Shown in pieces: positions 33,571-33,857 of a stretch of DNA of 33,857 bases (the stretch's first letter is position 1; every line of letters begins with the position of its first letter). The DNA lies in the IMG/VR virus record IMGVR_UViG_3300031952_000079, positions 1-33,857 of that record; one strand, given 5' to 3'. The notes below the pieces were generated by a model. The model was not told where the DNA came from and made no database searches. It was given only the letters and a program-made list of their open reading frames with translations. Source of the stretch: a virus (taxonomy: Duplodnaviria; Caudoviricetes). The position numbers and the translations under genes are program-made.

Positions 33571-33857
33571 GTGCACACGCAATTTTTAGACGATGAAAAG
33601 ATCATACGCGAGTTTGCCGGCTCACGTCCAGAAGCAAAATCCGCAGGCCAATGGCTAACAACACCCGCCCTAGTAGAAGGCATCTGGATTCTCACAAACA
33701 AGCGACTAATCTTCGAAGGCAAAAGACCAAGCATCTGGTCTGTAGGACTTGGAGCATTGCTTACGCCAACCCCAGAAGACACAAATATAGCCCTCAAAGA
33801 TATACAGAACCTTGAAATTGTTTCATGGTTGAAAATCGAGAAGGCCCTTAAAGCAAC
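33571..33857 (+). CDS. PH/GRAM-like domain protein, 5' part; continues across the junction into 142..256 (133 aa total)
   Basis: GTG at 33571 gives MHTQFLDDEKIIREF...EGIWILTNKRLIFEGK..., in frame with the 41..256 ORF; GxxxLTNKRLIF is typical of PH-fold/GRAM proteins. Confidence 0.7.
   Translation, partial: MHTQFLDDEKIIREFAGSRPEAKSAGQWLTTPALVEGIWILTNKRLIFEGKRPSIWSVGLGALLTPTPEDTNIALKDIQNLEIVSWLKIEKALKA
33732..33857 (+). repeat. Right copy of 126-bp terminal direct repeat
   Basis: Identical to 16-141. Confidence 0.95.

Larger units (their letters stand above)
16..33857. mobile_element. Complete circular genome of an archaeal head-tail virus (Caudoviricetes-type), probably temperate; unit length 33716 bp
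   Basis: Terminal direct repeat; terminase, portal, protease, HK97 MCP, neck and tail genes; tyrosine recombinase; archaeal expression signals; no obvious host housekeeping genes. Confidence 0.9.

Noticed and set aside
33207-33797. 196-aa minus-strand ORF (and the matching 4..312 ORF)
   Set aside because: Antisense shadow of two better-supported plus-strand genes; no recognisable motifs

Overview
The window is an apparently complete, circularly permuted ~33.7-kb genome of an archaeal tailed dsDNA virus (HK97-fold head, non-contractile tail genes, tyrosine recombinase). A 126-bp terminal direct repeat (16-141 = 33732-33857) and an ORF reading through the junction support circularity. TATA-like promoters, GGAGGTGA SD sites, oligo-T terminators and RHH/wHTH/Tfx-like regulators indicate an archaeal host. 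From recalled resemblance, not a search, the host may be Bathyarchaeia. Minus-strand layout: aspartic protease, terS-like, terL, ABC-ATPase/GNAT; a plus-strand cassette ending in an ASCH gene; recombinase, RHH, Myb-like, HerA-like ATPase, minimal PolX, wHTH proteins; then portal, protease/scaffold, cement, MCP, fibre-like genes, holin-like gene, membrane-anchored M14 peptidase, adaptor, closure, terminator, tail tube, chaperone, gp10-like, a tiny tape measure and an M14-fused tail-tip hub. Best leads: (1) two M14 zinc peptidases in entry and exit positions; (2) a terminase-linked ABC-GNAT/ASCH pair as a candidate nucleic-acid acylation writer plus eraser/reader; (3) a complete -1 frameshift signal in the tail chaperone whose product is coupled to a CTG-initiated gene; (4) a 158-aa tape measure; (5) a repeated TGCA operator next to an RHH gene. 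All product calls come from motif recognition by eye; no searches were run.
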